This document shows, piece after piece, positions 46,981 through 56,464 of a stretch of DNA of 64,000 nt. The stretch spans positions 32,001 through 96,000 of the IMG/VR virus record IMGVR_UViG_3300038679_000357. One strand, given 5' to 3'. A program made the position numbers and the translations under genes. The notes beneath the pieces are model-generated. The model was not told where the DNA came from. It saw only the letters and a program-made list of their open reading frames with translations, and ran no database searches. This stretch comes from a virus (taxonomy: Duplodnaviria > Caudoviricetes). Every line of letters starts with the position of its first letter. Position 1 is the stretch's first letter.

Positions 46981-48066
46981 TTATGCCTTACTGCATAAGC
47001 TTGCTACGAGTGTCTCAAGCACCCACTTTTTGTTATGGTTAACTGTCATTGAGTATTCACATTCTGTAAACCTGGCGGAAAAGCAAAGTAAACGCTTCAG
47101 TCCGCATGATGAAGCAATATTAGATACCAGATCCTTTTCCGAATCAGCCATTGTATATCCAGTTTTCGCCTCAGCAGCCATAAGCATTGCATTCCTAAAA
47201 ACCTCAGACAAGCCACTTACAAGCATCTGCACATTTATTCCGGTTGACACCACTGTCTCGACAGCATCCAGCGCGGCTCCGGCGCTATTTCCAGCAATAT
47301 GCCCTGCAATTTTGTACAAATCATCACGACCAACCAGTCCAAGCATTTGCCTGGCGGCGTCGGCAGTCAATTTACCGTCCGACTGAACAAGAAGGCTCTG
47401 GAAAAAGTTTAAGGCAATACGCATATTGCCTCCACTAATCGCAGACACTTGACGACAAACATCAGGCTCAACATTAGCATTGATGTGAACGGCGAGTTTC
47501 TTCAAATAGTCAGCTACAATACTGTCGCTGATCGGAGCGAAGGGAACTAAAACAAATCTGGACGCAAGGGTTGACGGAATCTTTTGATATTCCGAAGTAC
47601 AAAGAATATACATCACATTGCTGTTTGGCTCCTCGGTAGGCTTGAGGAGAGAACTTATAGCGTCTTTTGTTAAAGAATGGGCTTCATCAATGATAAATAC
47701 CTTTTTTCTTAACGAAGCTGGGCTATATAAACTGGACTCTATAATTCTTTTTATTTCCTCCTTACCTCCATCTGATGCACCGTCCAATTCACGGACGTCC
47801 ATTGCCATATCCATTTTTATTGACTGACACGAAGTACACTCACCACATGGATTGGCTTCCCCATCCTTTCGATTCAAACAATTAACAGACATAGCAAGAA
47901 TACGAGCAGCAGTAGTTTTCCCAGATCCAGAATGACCGACAAGCAAATAAGCATGGTGAAAGGCGTTCTTTTTCGCATATTGCGAAAGAATCTTCACGGC
48001 AGCTTTTTGCCCGACCATCTTTTCGAACTTATTTGGGCGGAATTTACGGTAAAAAACTTCTGACAT
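46981..48066 (-). CDS. dnaX: DNA Pol III gamma/tau clamp-loader ATPase
   Basis: YRKFRP..F...VGQ, HAYL..G..GSGKTT.ARI, PCGEC.SC, ELDGAS, KVFIIDEAH, TLASR. Confidence 0.96.
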   Translation of the reverse strand: MSEVFYRKFRPNKFEKMVGQKAAVKILSQYAKKNAFHHAYLLVGHSGSGKTTAARILAMSVNCLNRKDGEANPCGECTSCQSIKMDMAMDVRELDGASDGGKEEIKRIIESSLYSPASLRKKVFIIDEAHSLTKDAISSLLKPTEEPNSNVMYILCTSEYQKIPSTLASRFVLVPFAPISDSIVADYLKKLAVHINANVEPDVCRQVSAISGGNMRIALNFFQSLLVQSDGKLTADAARQMLGLVGRDDLYKIAGHIAGNSAGAALDAVETVVSTGINVQMLVSGLSEVFRNAMLMAAEAKTGYTMADSEKDLVSNIASSCGLKRLLCFSARFTECEYSMTVNHNKKWVLETLVASLCSKA

Positions 48067-48085
48067 ACTGACTCCTTCTTCGGCA

Positions 48086-48095
48086 ATTATACAAC
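48086..48095 (-). promoter_or_regulatory. Recurrent putative promoter GTTGTATAAT
   Basis: 20 nt upstream of the dnaX ATG, leaving room for the SD AAGGAG. Confidence 0.7.
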
Positions 48096-48129
48096 ACTGT
48101 CGAAGAAGATATATCGCACATATGGAAAT

Positions 48130-48927
48130 TCAACCGTAATAACTGTCAGCGCGTGTCCATGACACATTTGACATGACAAGACCTGGATTCAACTGTATAT
48201 TTTCAGCAGGATGGAAAACAATATCATGAGTGACGTCTATATCGCCAATGACAAACCTGGTGTTATTGAAAGATAACCCATACTGCCCGTCAGTTACCGG
48301 AACAATCAAATCGCCATCGTTTAAGAACGAAATCTGTCCAGAAATATCCTGAATTGCATTTCCGAGGATAGTAACGCCAAGTGATTCTCCGGTCTTCACC
48401 GCCTTATAACCATTAGTAATCGTGTAGGTAAAACTTGGTATTTTAGCTCCAGAGTAAATACCACTCGAAAATTCAATAAAGCATTTATCATGAGTATATA
48501 TCTTCTCACCCTTAGTATACTCTAATGAAATCGTCCGTTTCATAACCGTGTCTTTCGCCACAATGTTAGCGGAAAAATTAACCAACTCCCCCGCTGTCGC
48601 TGAGAGAGAGAGTGAATCTATCTTACAACCAAGCAAACGTCTTGTTTGATTGTCGTAATGATTGAGATCCATCATGAATTCACTTTGCTGCGCCGCCAGG
48701 TTGTAAAGAAACGCCCCCTTTTCATCCGTCAATGGTCCTGATACCGTCCCCGTAATATCCTTTGTTCCACGACTAAAAATGGTTTTCAACCCGGTTCCGC
48801 CATAAGCTGGCAGAAAAGCATTGGGCTCCTGCTTGACACTTATATCAAATGACGCAAAACGAAGGTATGTGTCGCCTATTTTTGCTATCCCTCTAAATCC
48901 TACTTTCCCAGCGAACGGCATGCTCAC
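48130..48927 (-). CDS. Putative tail tube protein
   Basis: Beta-rich; G.KDITGTVSG, GCKIDSLSLSATAGELVNFS pattern typical of tube proteins. Confidence 0.55.
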   Translation of the reverse strand: MSMPFAGKVGFRGIAKIGDTYLRFASFDISVKQEPNAFLPAYGGTGLKTIFSRGTKDITGTVSGPLTDEKGAFLYNLAAQQSEFMMDLNHYDNQTRRLLGCKIDSLSLSATAGELVNFSANIVAKDTVMKRTISLEYTKGEKIYTHDKCFIEFSSGIYSGAKIPSFTYTITNGYKAVKTGESLGVTILGNAIQDISGQISFLNDGDLIVPVTDGQYGLSFNNTRFVIGDIDVTHDIVFHPAENIQLNPGLVMSNVSWTRADSYYG

Positions 48928-49217
48928 TCCTTGCCGGAAGTTTTCTCATCCGGAACAACCCAAAAAGAGATAAATGAATCAATCTCATTAATCATAGCAC
49001 CAACGGCAAAACGATCAGGATCATTCCTTTCACACATTCCACGCCAAACAGCAGCGACGAGAGGACGCATAGCGTTTACTGAGTTAAAGCTCCTGATCCC
49101 AAGTTCTGATGACTCCAACAACCTTTTCGCTAACTCAAGGTCATTTCCTTGTAATTTTGGCAAAACATCCCTACGAAAGTTCTCTATATCGAATTCTGTA
49201 GCATTCAACCTTGCCAT
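48924..49217 (-). CDS. Hypothetical protein
   Basis: Overlaps both neighbours at the stop/start codons. Confidence 0.65.
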   Translation of the reverse strand: MARLNATEFDIENFRRDVLPKLQGNDLELAKRLLESSELGIRSFNSVNAMRPLVAAVWRGMCERNDPDRFAVGAMINEIDSFISFWVVPDEKTSGKE

Positions 49218-49465
49218 TATGACACCATATATTGAAATTTAGATGTCGATCCGCGAACGTATCCATTTGCAAATCTAATCCTAAATCCGTTTCCTTCCAC
49301 CTTCTCTAAACTCACTTGAGTCCCTTCAATTAACGTAATTAATGCCGTCGTTAGCGGAAACCCGCATGGAACAAACATGGTATCTGACATGCATGTCACA
49401 AACATAATCCCAGACACTGGGAAATTGTCAGACCTTCGCATGTCGTAACGCCTAATCACGATCAA
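49217..49465 (-). CDS. Hypothetical protein
   Basis: 82-aa ORF, translationally coupled. Confidence 0.55.
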   Translation of the reverse strand: MIVIRRYDMRRSDNFPVSGIMFVTCMSDTMFVPCGFPLTTALITLIEGTQVSLEKVEGNGFRIRFANGYVRGSTSKFQYMVS

Positions 49466-50522
49466 TCTCCGAGCAAGAAAAAAGCTGAGCTAAATCATCA
49501 ATATTTTGCAACTCCCAGCCAGCACACACCGACTTAAATTGCGCATCATTCCATCTATTGAATAACTTTGGTTCTGGCAGTTTTAAGCCGCAATACATCT
49601 TTTTTAATGCATATGCTAGTTTTATCCGATCGCGATGAAGAGCGATAATAAGCTCTACCAGCTTGGCTGGATTCCTAACCTTTTTCTGCTCAATTGCCAA
49701 GGCGACTCCTGTGTATGGCATCATCGCACTGCATCTCGTATACGGACTACGATTATCCCCCCTACACGAGATCAATTTATTAATCTCATCTTTATTCAAA
49801 TCTGGATATTCTTTCCTTAACCCATCATAAATCGACATGCAGTGGTCAACAACTGCAGAGTATGACCCATACTGCTTAATCAATTTAACGGCTGTTACCT
49901 CACCGCAGGAAGGAACACCAAATATATTATCGCCATCATCGCCACACAACGCCCCCACATCAACCCATTGACCAGGCTCAATACCATATTCCGCAATGAA
50001 TTTACTTTTTGTTGTAACTGTTTGCTCCCCCTTCATCCTGGTGACGCGGACAACGTTATCGTCGAGTAGTTGAAAATAATCGTCATCATGAGTGAACGCA
50101 ATAACAGGAAACTTACTCTTTAGCATTGCGCAGTACGAACCGATAACATCATCGGCTTCATACCCTTCTTTTACCACTTGTGGGATATCGGTACATGACA
50201 ATATCGATTTTAATGCGGGAACTTGATCGTGTACGGATTGCTTAAATGGATCGATGGCTTCACGATTTTGCTTGTATCGCTCAGGAACAATTCCAAGTTC
50301 GACCGCTCCAGATGATAATTTCGTTCTTTTTACATGTCCGCTATCCCATACAACAACTGGTAAATAACGCTGAAATATCGACCGGACACTGGCTATCTGC
50401 TGTAAAACACCATGAATAACGGACGAGTCCTTTCCAGATGACGTTTTCATTCCATCATGGATGTGGACAGCCTTAAACGCCATGTTATAGGCGTCTATCA
50501 ATAAATACCCAATCTTCTCCAT
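49452..50522 (-). CDS. 5'-3' exonuclease / flap endonuclease (PolI N-terminal, T4 RNase H-like)
   Basis: LIDAYN, VVWD, YKQNR, EADD.IG, DDDY.QL, GDDGDN..GV...G..TA.KLI..YGS. Confidence 0.92.
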   Translation of the reverse strand: MEKIGYLLIDAYNMAFKAVHIHDGMKTSSGKDSSVIHGVLQQIASVRSIFQRYLPVVVWDSGHVKRTKLSSGAVELGIVPERYKQNREAIDPFKQSVHDQVPALKSILSCTDIPQVVKEGYEADDVIGSYCAMLKSKFPVIAFTHDDDYFQLLDDNVVRVTRMKGEQTVTTKSKFIAEYGIEPGQWVDVGALCGDDGDNIFGVPSCGEVTAVKLIKQYGSYSAVVDHCMSIYDGLRKEYPDLNKDEINKLISCRGDNRSPYTRCSAMMPYTGVALAIEQKKVRNPAKLVELIIALHRDRIKLAYALKKMYCGLKLPEPKLFNRWNDAQFKSVCAGWELQNIDDLAQLFSCSEIDRD

Positions 50523-51157
50523 TAAAAAAGCCCTGTTTCCTGCTTCTTTTCCCAATGGTTAATTTTAAACTCAGCAACAAACGCAGCCCCAGCATTAAAT
50601 GATGTGGCTGATTCATCCTGCTCTTCTGAAGACAATTCTCTTTTACCGTCACTTATCGTGGTGACAATAATATCCATGGAGTTGGAATCAAAATCAACTC
50701 CTGAAAAACTGAGATATCCATCAAGTTCCTTAACCACCGCTACTCCACGATTAAAGCCACAAACTTCATAATAGAACTTCATCCGGTTAAATGCTGGCGC
50801 TGAAATATTCCTATCGTTTTTTAGAAGTTCCGTCGTTTCCGACATCACCCTCGAAACACCCTCAAACATTTCTATTTCTACTCTTTCACCTTCCGCCGCC
50901 AAGGCATAGTCGCTTTTATCAAAAGATTCCGTTTTAGATAGAATACTCATTACTGTACTTTCCACCATATACATGGACGGGTACTTTGTTTTATCGACGT
51001 TGCCAAAACTAATTGAATATTTATCCTCATGGTTGTCGATAAATTTTTCGACATTTTCACACATCCAAGCAATTAATTCATTGGCGATATTCGCCGCGAC
51101 AATACCATTCAGCTTAGATATTTCTTCTTCAATCTTTTCAATGCATTCGTTCAACAT
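50522..51157 (-). CDS. Hypothetical protein
   Basis: 211-aa ORF; TAATG coupling with the downstream gene. Confidence 0.7.
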   Translation of the reverse strand: MLNECIEKIEEEISKLNGIVAANIANELIAWMCENVEKFIDNHEDKYSISFGNVDKTKYPSMYMVESTVMSILSKTESFDKSDYALAAEGERVEIEMFEGVSRVMSETTELLKNDRNISAPAFNRMKFYYEVCGFNRGVAVVKELDGYLSFSGVDFDSNSMDIIVTTISDGKRELSSEEQDESATSFNAGAAFVAEFKINHWEKKQETGLF

Positions 51158-51393
51158 ATAATTTTCGCCTTATGTATTCGTTTGTCGTTTCTTACTAAAA
51201 TCAACTTTTCCGACGCCTTATTCTCGTCCCATGGAACATAAATCCTCAGTTCTGGCTTGCCATCCAACACAGATTCGGACACAATATCGATCTTCCTTCC
51301 GAACAGCTCCGAATGGCGTGACAATATTTTAAACACCGCCGAACTATCGTCAGAGTTTACTTCTTTCAGTTGAATTTGAATTAAACACCCCAT
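51151..51393 (-). CDS. Hypothetical protein
   Basis: 80-aa coupled ORF. Confidence 0.6.
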   Translation of the reverse strand: MGCLIQIQLKEVNSDDSSAVFKILSRHSELFGRKIDIVSESVLDGKPELRIYVPWDENKASEKLILVRNDKRIHKAKIIC

Positions 51394-51656
51394 CAGGACA
51401 ATAACATTTTCCTTGTTACGTAAAATGATTTTTGCTGTTCTGTCATCCCTGTCATCTCCGACTCGCTTCCTTGGCGTATGTTAATATATTTTTCAATGAA
51501 TTTCGCAACATCCTCTCCAGACAACTCAATCCTAATATCATTCAATACAATGCACTTAGCGCCTTTCATTAACTCAACATTTTCTTTGGTTAAATCAGTA
51601 AATTGTAGCTCCAACCAAGCGCCATCAACTTCAGGTTTCTTTTGCATATTATTCAC
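51393..51656 (-). CDS. Hypothetical protein
   Basis: 87-aa coupled ORF. Confidence 0.6.
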   Translation of the reverse strand: MNNMQKKPEVDGAWLELQFTDLTKENVELMKGAKCIVLNDIRIELSGEDVAKFIEKYINIRQGSESEMTGMTEQQKSFYVTRKMLLS

Positions 51657-52161
51657 TCCTATTAATAAACAATTCTAGTTCAGACATATTGCGTCCCATT
51701 AACGCGACGACATCATTTCCGGTAACTATTTGCAATTGTTCTCCGGTGAGAATCGGCATAATGAGACCATACAAAAGAGGGATCTCCAGTCTGTAGACTT
51801 TTTTCCCTACTTCTGAATTATAGTACGAAATCATATGAGCTGTATATATTGCCTTGCGCCGGTCATATCCAATATCAATAAAAACCGATCCTATATCGAC
51901 CTGTTCCATGGCACTGAGAAGTACACTCGCCCCCATAGCATAAGGATTGGCAAAGTCACCATGTAGAGTATTATGCACCATCATTCCATCCTCCCCATTT
52001 ATCATGATGGGGAGAAAAAAATCTCCATTGGGAGTTGCTCCCGTAAACACCACGCAATAACTAGTGGCATCGATCTTCATTGACGGTTGACGAGTTAATA
52101 TAACCATAGCCCTTCTCTTTATAAACTCTTCATGTGGTTGAGTAAGAAACCATCTTATCAA
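51649..52161 (-). CDS. Hypothetical protein
   Basis: 170-aa ORF overlapping the Clp ATPase 3' end. Confidence 0.6.
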   Translation of the reverse strand: MIRWFLTQPHEEFIKRRAMVILTRQPSMKIDATSYCVVFTGATPNGDFFLPIMINGEDGMMVHNTLHGDFANPYAMGASVLLSAMEQVDIGSVFIDIGYDRRKAIYTAHMISYYNSEVGKKVYRLEIPLLYGLIMPILTGEQLQIVTGNDVVALMGRNMSELELFINRSE

Positions 52162-54283
52162 GATCAGTACGCATAAGGCGTCTTATTTCTGACGGCGTAG
52201 AAGCGTGTTTACACCTTTCGTACGTCTCAGATATTAACGCTTCACCGACATCGATACTCAATCCCAGTTCAGAAATATCATCTGCAAATGCAGATGCTTC
52301 CAACCATGCGATCTTTTTCATGTCAGGCGCTGAAACTGAATTAAAAACAACTTCACCATCTATTTCCTCCAATATACCAGACCACACCCCTCTTTCAAGA
52401 TGATAATCACCCTCAGATTTTGAGAATCCCATACTTCCAGATGTTTTCTTATCATCCTGGGAAAAAACGATAATCGTGTTTCTAAAATCAACTGGCAACC
52501 CCCTGGAGTCGTCAATCAATCCGGCGCGAATTGTTCTAATGATAATTGACTTAACTGCATGATGCATTGCATCAAAATTAGTAAAAAGGATAACGCAATA
52601 TGGCTTTTTCCTAACGCCGCTATACAATCTCCCCTCATCCTCATATCCAATATAACCAGGAGAAGTGCCAACAATGCTATTAACAGAGGAACTTTTTCTA
52701 TAGTCATTTCCGTCGATTTCAAGAAGCGAGTTGAAGCCGTACAGTATTTCAGACAGCTTACGAATTATCGATTTTTTCCCAACCCCTTTCGGTCCATGGA
52801 CTACAATCGTGCTTATTGGACGATTACGCTTAATCGTACGAGACAAACCAGAAGACACAATACTGCAAAGCTTATTTATCGCCGCATCATTCCCAATAAT
52901 CTCCAGCGGAAGAGAATCTTTAACCTCAGAGAGCCGATCAGATTCCCTTGACCGAATTATATCTATTGGAATCGACGAAAGAGAACTAACAGACTCTTCT
53001 ACAATCGATGGTTCAACCATACAATCATAGATTGACGCCCTGGCGCAAGCATCATCAATGCAGTCAAAAGCCTTATCTGGATATCTCCGATCTACGATAT
53101 ATCGTCCAGATAATAAAACCGCTTTGTCAATCGCTTCCGACGTTATTGATACGCCATGAAAATCCTCGTATGATTCTCGACATTTTTCAAGAATTCCAGA
53201 AGTTTGTTCTGGCGTCATTTCATCCACATTTATTCTTTGAAAACGACGACATAGCGCAGCGTCTCGCCTCATGTGGCGATTGAAATCTCCTATTGTCGTT
53301 GCGCCAATACATCGCACTTCACCCCTAGCTAAATAAGGTTTGAGCATATTCCCCAAATCCGCAGATCCATTATGATCGCCAGTTCCCATCAACATGTGGA
53401 TTTCGTCAATAAACAGAATAACATCAGGTCTACTGACAACGCTCCGCATAAAGAGATTTAACTTTTCTTCTAGCATTCCTCTAAGGTTCGTGCCTGCGAC
53501 CAACGCCGCAACGTCAATAGAATAAATTGTGCAATCCGCAATCCTAGACGGAACTTCATTCTTTGCAATCATCATTGCAAGACGTTCAACGATCGCTGTT
53601 TTACCGACTCCAGCCTCTCCAATCAACAACGGATTCCCCTTGACCTTACGAAGAAGAGTTAAAATAACTCTGCTGGTCTCTGTTTCTCTACCATATGCTT
53701 CTGAAAGTTGATTATTTTTAGCTAATTCAGTAAGATTGGTATAAAATGTTGGCTCCACGTTTGAAGGCGTTGGCTTACTGGATGGGTTCTTGGGACGAGA
53801 CTTTGGAGGAAGTGACGAAGCAGGCGGCGCTGCAGATTCGTTTTCTTTTGCCTCAGCAGAATCTCTTCTTAATTCCTCAGACACACCATTTTGTACTATT
53901 GTTAAGTCTAACCCACACGCAATAAGCGTGTCGTGAATCTCCTTGTCCGCAAGCATGGCGTCGAACAAACATGACATCGCGCCACCACTAACTTTTTTAG
54001 ACCGAATAATATCAGACACGCGCTTGTCGTATACTAAGTCAAACAGTTTAACTGGATCACTAGATGTGTTGGTGTCCGGTAATCTACTAGAAAACATAGA
54101 CAAAATGTTATTGACTGTAGCATGATCTATGTACGATTCTATATATTCTCTACAAGTGATGAATAAAGAGTAGGTAAACAGGTCAAGATCAATGCGTTTC
54201 ATACCTCGATTCATGGCAGCGCTCTGCATATACAATAACGACGCCATCACATTTTTGTCGATGTATTTTCCGCGAATAGTCAT
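52130..54283 (-). CDS. ClpA/ClpC-like AAA+ chaperone with degenerate second ATPase ring
   Basis: D1: GEAGVGKT, GT..RG..EE, FIDEIH, IGATT, RRFQ. D2: GPKGVGKK, PGYIGY, Walker B replaced by FTNFD; SMGFS loop. Confidence 0.88.
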   Translation of the reverse strand: MTIRGKYIDKNVMASLLYMQSAAMNRGMKRIDLDLFTYSLFITCREYIESYIDHATVNNILSMFSSRLPDTNTSSDPVKLFDLVYDKRVSDIIRSKKVSGGAMSCLFDAMLADKEIHDTLIACGLDLTIVQNGVSEELRRDSAEAKENESAAPPASSLPPKSRPKNPSSKPTPSNVEPTFYTNLTELAKNNQLSEAYGRETETSRVILTLLRKVKGNPLLIGEAGVGKTAIVERLAMMIAKNEVPSRIADCTIYSIDVAALVAGTNLRGMLEEKLNLFMRSVVSRPDVILFIDEIHMLMGTGDHNGSADLGNMLKPYLARGEVRCIGATTIGDFNRHMRRDAALCRRFQRINVDEMTPEQTSGILEKCRESYEDFHGVSITSEAIDKAVLLSGRYIVDRRYPDKAFDCIDDACARASIYDCMVEPSIVEESVSSLSSIPIDIIRSRESDRLSEVKDSLPLEIIGNDAAINKLCSIVSSGLSRTIKRNRPISTIVVHGPKGVGKKSIIRKLSEILYGFNSLLEIDGNDYRKSSSVNSIVGTSPGYIGYEDEGRLYSGVRKKPYCVILFTNFDAMHHAVKSIIIRTIRAGLIDDSRGLPVDFRNTIIVFSQDDKKTSGSMGFSKSEGDYHLERGVWSGILEEIDGEVVFNSVSAPDMKKIAWLEASAFADDISELGLSIDVGEALISETYERCKHASTPSEIRRLMRTDLDKMVSYSTT

Positions 54284-54528
54284 GCGCAGTATATATCTCC
54301 ATCGGATTGATACGATAAAGCTTTCAACATAGACTCAACGTCTGCTCCAATAATGTTTTCGGAGTAAAATTTTGTTATAAACGCTCTCTCTTCTTCACTC
54401 ATTCTCTTTGATCGAAAAACAGAAAAAGAACATGAAACGATATTAAGCCGAAAGAGAACCCGACCATCGATGTTTTTAGCAACGACAATAGGGGCGTCAA
54501 TCTCTACAGTTATGCCAAAATCGCTCAT
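54280..54528 (-). CDS. Hypothetical protein
   Basis: 82 aa; ATGA overlaps at both ends. Confidence 0.65.
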   Translation of the reverse strand: MSDFGITVEIDAPIVVAKNIDGRVLFRLNIVSCSFSVFRSKRMSEEERAFITKFYSENIIGADVESMLKALSYQSDGDIYCA

Positions 54529-55451
54529 AATTTCTTTAAGTGCCTAATCATATACAAATTGCTATCGTAAAGATATTTTTCAAGAGATGCAAGCATAGAT
54601 AAAATCTTTGTTACGTCTCTTGTATCTTCCACCATGAGATGATCCATCAACTGCTGACAAATGTCATCAATGAACTTATCATTATAAAAATTCTGACGCA
54701 AAACCGATCTGATTTTCAACATTGTTACCCGTAGTATATTCCTTAACTTCACCCATCTTTTAGGCTGATCGGCGATCGCCTCAATTTTTTTCATCATTGC
54801 AAGGATGAGCTTGAATGTTATAAATCTCTTCGTTACAATGCCATTATGTAACGCCAAAGCGACTTGGTCATTCATATCGCTCCCAAAAGCGCTTTCATAT
54901 CTCGACCCAGGCAGACATACTGGGTTACAAGGAATAATATCAAGACGGAACTTTCGACGCAAATCCTCGCCTTCTGGAAATGAAAGGGCATGTCTTCTTG
55001 AGATATCGGCTGCAAACGCAACCGGAGGATCTCCTTCATATCTATAACAATAATTCCACACCCTTTTTGCGTAATCGTCCGAATTTTCGCAAAGATATTT
55101 TAGTATCCTTGGACGATCATCACTGAGAAGCTTAACGAGATCCGTGAGTTTCCCACGCAATCTGTTTATCTCATTGAAAAATGGAGTAATGGACCTTTCG
55201 GGAATAAAAATTCCAAAAAACGTTCTGTAAGCATAATCGTCAAAACACTGAACAATTTCATGACTAATCTTAATGGATGTTCTAAATTCCGGGATATTAT
55301 ACTTTCGCATCCGTTTTCTGGAACCGTCAGAATTATCATCAACCCATTGCATGGACCCCTTCCAGACAAACATTTTGCGGTTGACAAATATACCAGTATC
55401 CAACGCTGGTCTTACAACCGCTTCCTGTTCTGGAGTGAGTGATTTTAACAT
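54525..55451 (-). CDS. Hypothetical protein
   Basis: 308-aa ORF coupled to gmd. Confidence 0.7.
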   Translation of the reverse strand: MLKSLTPEQEAVVRPALDTGIFVNRKMFVWKGSMQWVDDNSDGSRKRMRKYNIPEFRTSIKISHEIVQCFDDYAYRTFFGIFIPERSITPFFNEINRLRGKLTDLVKLLSDDRPRILKYLCENSDDYAKRVWNYCYRYEGDPPVAFAADISRRHALSFPEGEDLRRKFRLDIIPCNPVCLPGSRYESAFGSDMNDQVALALHNGIVTKRFITFKLILAMMKKIEAIADQPKRWVKLRNILRVTMLKIRSVLRQNFYNDKFIDDICQQLMDHLMVEDTRDVTKILSMLASLEKYLYDSNLYMIRHLKKL

Positions 55452-56464
55452 TGTTTTCTCTCAATATCGTAATCGTTTTTTACCATCAAAGAAACCATTG
55501 AGTCAAAAGTCGTCTCCGGCTTCCATCCAAGAAGATTCATTATCTTCGATGCGTCACCGCAAAGGCAATTAACTTCTGCTGGACGATAAAATTTTTCATC
55601 CACACACACGACGGTCTCTCCAGTCTTCTTTGAAATATAACATTCGTGAATTCCATGACCGCCATTCGACTCTATGGGGTAATCAATTTCTGCAAATGCC
55701 TTTTCAAGAAACTCACGAACTGAATACATTTTTCCAGTAGCAACGACAAAATCGGTAGGTGTCGCATGAGATAGGATCAATTGCATTGCCTTAACGTAAT
55801 CTCCAGCGTAACCCCAATCTCGCATTGCATCGAGATTACCCAGCCGAAGCCTTTCATCAACGCCAAGTTTAATCCTAGCTGCCGCCCTTGTAATCTTTCG
55901 AGTGACAAACTCATATCCACGATATTCCGATTCATGATTGAATAAGATGCCGTTTGCGGCATATGTACCATAACTTTCACGAGCGTTCACTACGGACCAA
56001 TAGCCGTGAAGTTTAGCGACCCCATACGGAGAACGAGGATGCATAATTGTCGTCTCATGCTGAGGCGGGGGTGTACTTCCAAACAATTCCGAGGTGCTTG
56101 CCTGGTACACTTTACATCCATTACCTACGGTACGAGCAGCCTCTAAAACATTCAATACACCAGTTCCATTCACCACACTGGTATATACCGGGTTAACAAA
56201 ACTAACAGCAACATGACTTTGCGCCGCTAAATTATAAATTTCATCTGGCTTGTACTGCGAAATAGCAGCAACAATAGAAGCGTAGTCTGACACATCACCC
56301 ATTATCAGTCTTATGTGTGGGCTGGTTCGCTTTTTTAGCCTATCCACAGAATCTGATGTAGACGATTGTCTTATCAAGCCGCATACCTCATACCCCAAAT
56401 TCATCAAATGCGAAGCTAAAAAACCACCATCTTGACCAGTAACACCTGTAATTAACGCCCTCAT
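55445..56464 (-). CDS. gmd: GDP-mannose 4,6-dehydratase
   Basis: ALITGVTGQDG, YNLAAQSHV, QASTSELFG, PRSPYGVAK, GILFNHES, FVTRKI, RDWG.A.DYV, FYRPAEV. Confidence 0.97.
   Translation of the reverse strand: MRALITGVTGQDGGFLASHLMNLGYEVCGLIRQSSTSDSVDRLKKRTSPHIRLIMGDVSDYASIVAAISQYKPDEIYNLAAQSHVAVSFVNPVYTSVVNGTGVLNVLEAARTVGNGCKVYQASTSELFGSTPPPQHETTIMHPRSPYGVAKLHGYWSVVNARESYGTYAANGILFNHESEYRGYEFVTRKITRAAARIKLGVDERLRLGNLDAMRDWGYAGDYVKAMQLILSHATPTDFVVATGKMYSVREFLEKAFAEIDYPIESNGGHGIHECYISKKTGETVVCVDEKFYRPAEVNCLCGDASKIMNLLGWKPETTFDSMVSLMVKNDYDIERKQC

Noticed and set aside
46510-46998. Phe-rich plus-strand ORF that looks like a membrane protein
   Set aside because: It is the antisense shadow of the Lys-rich (AAA/AAG) N-terminus of the SigH-like gene.
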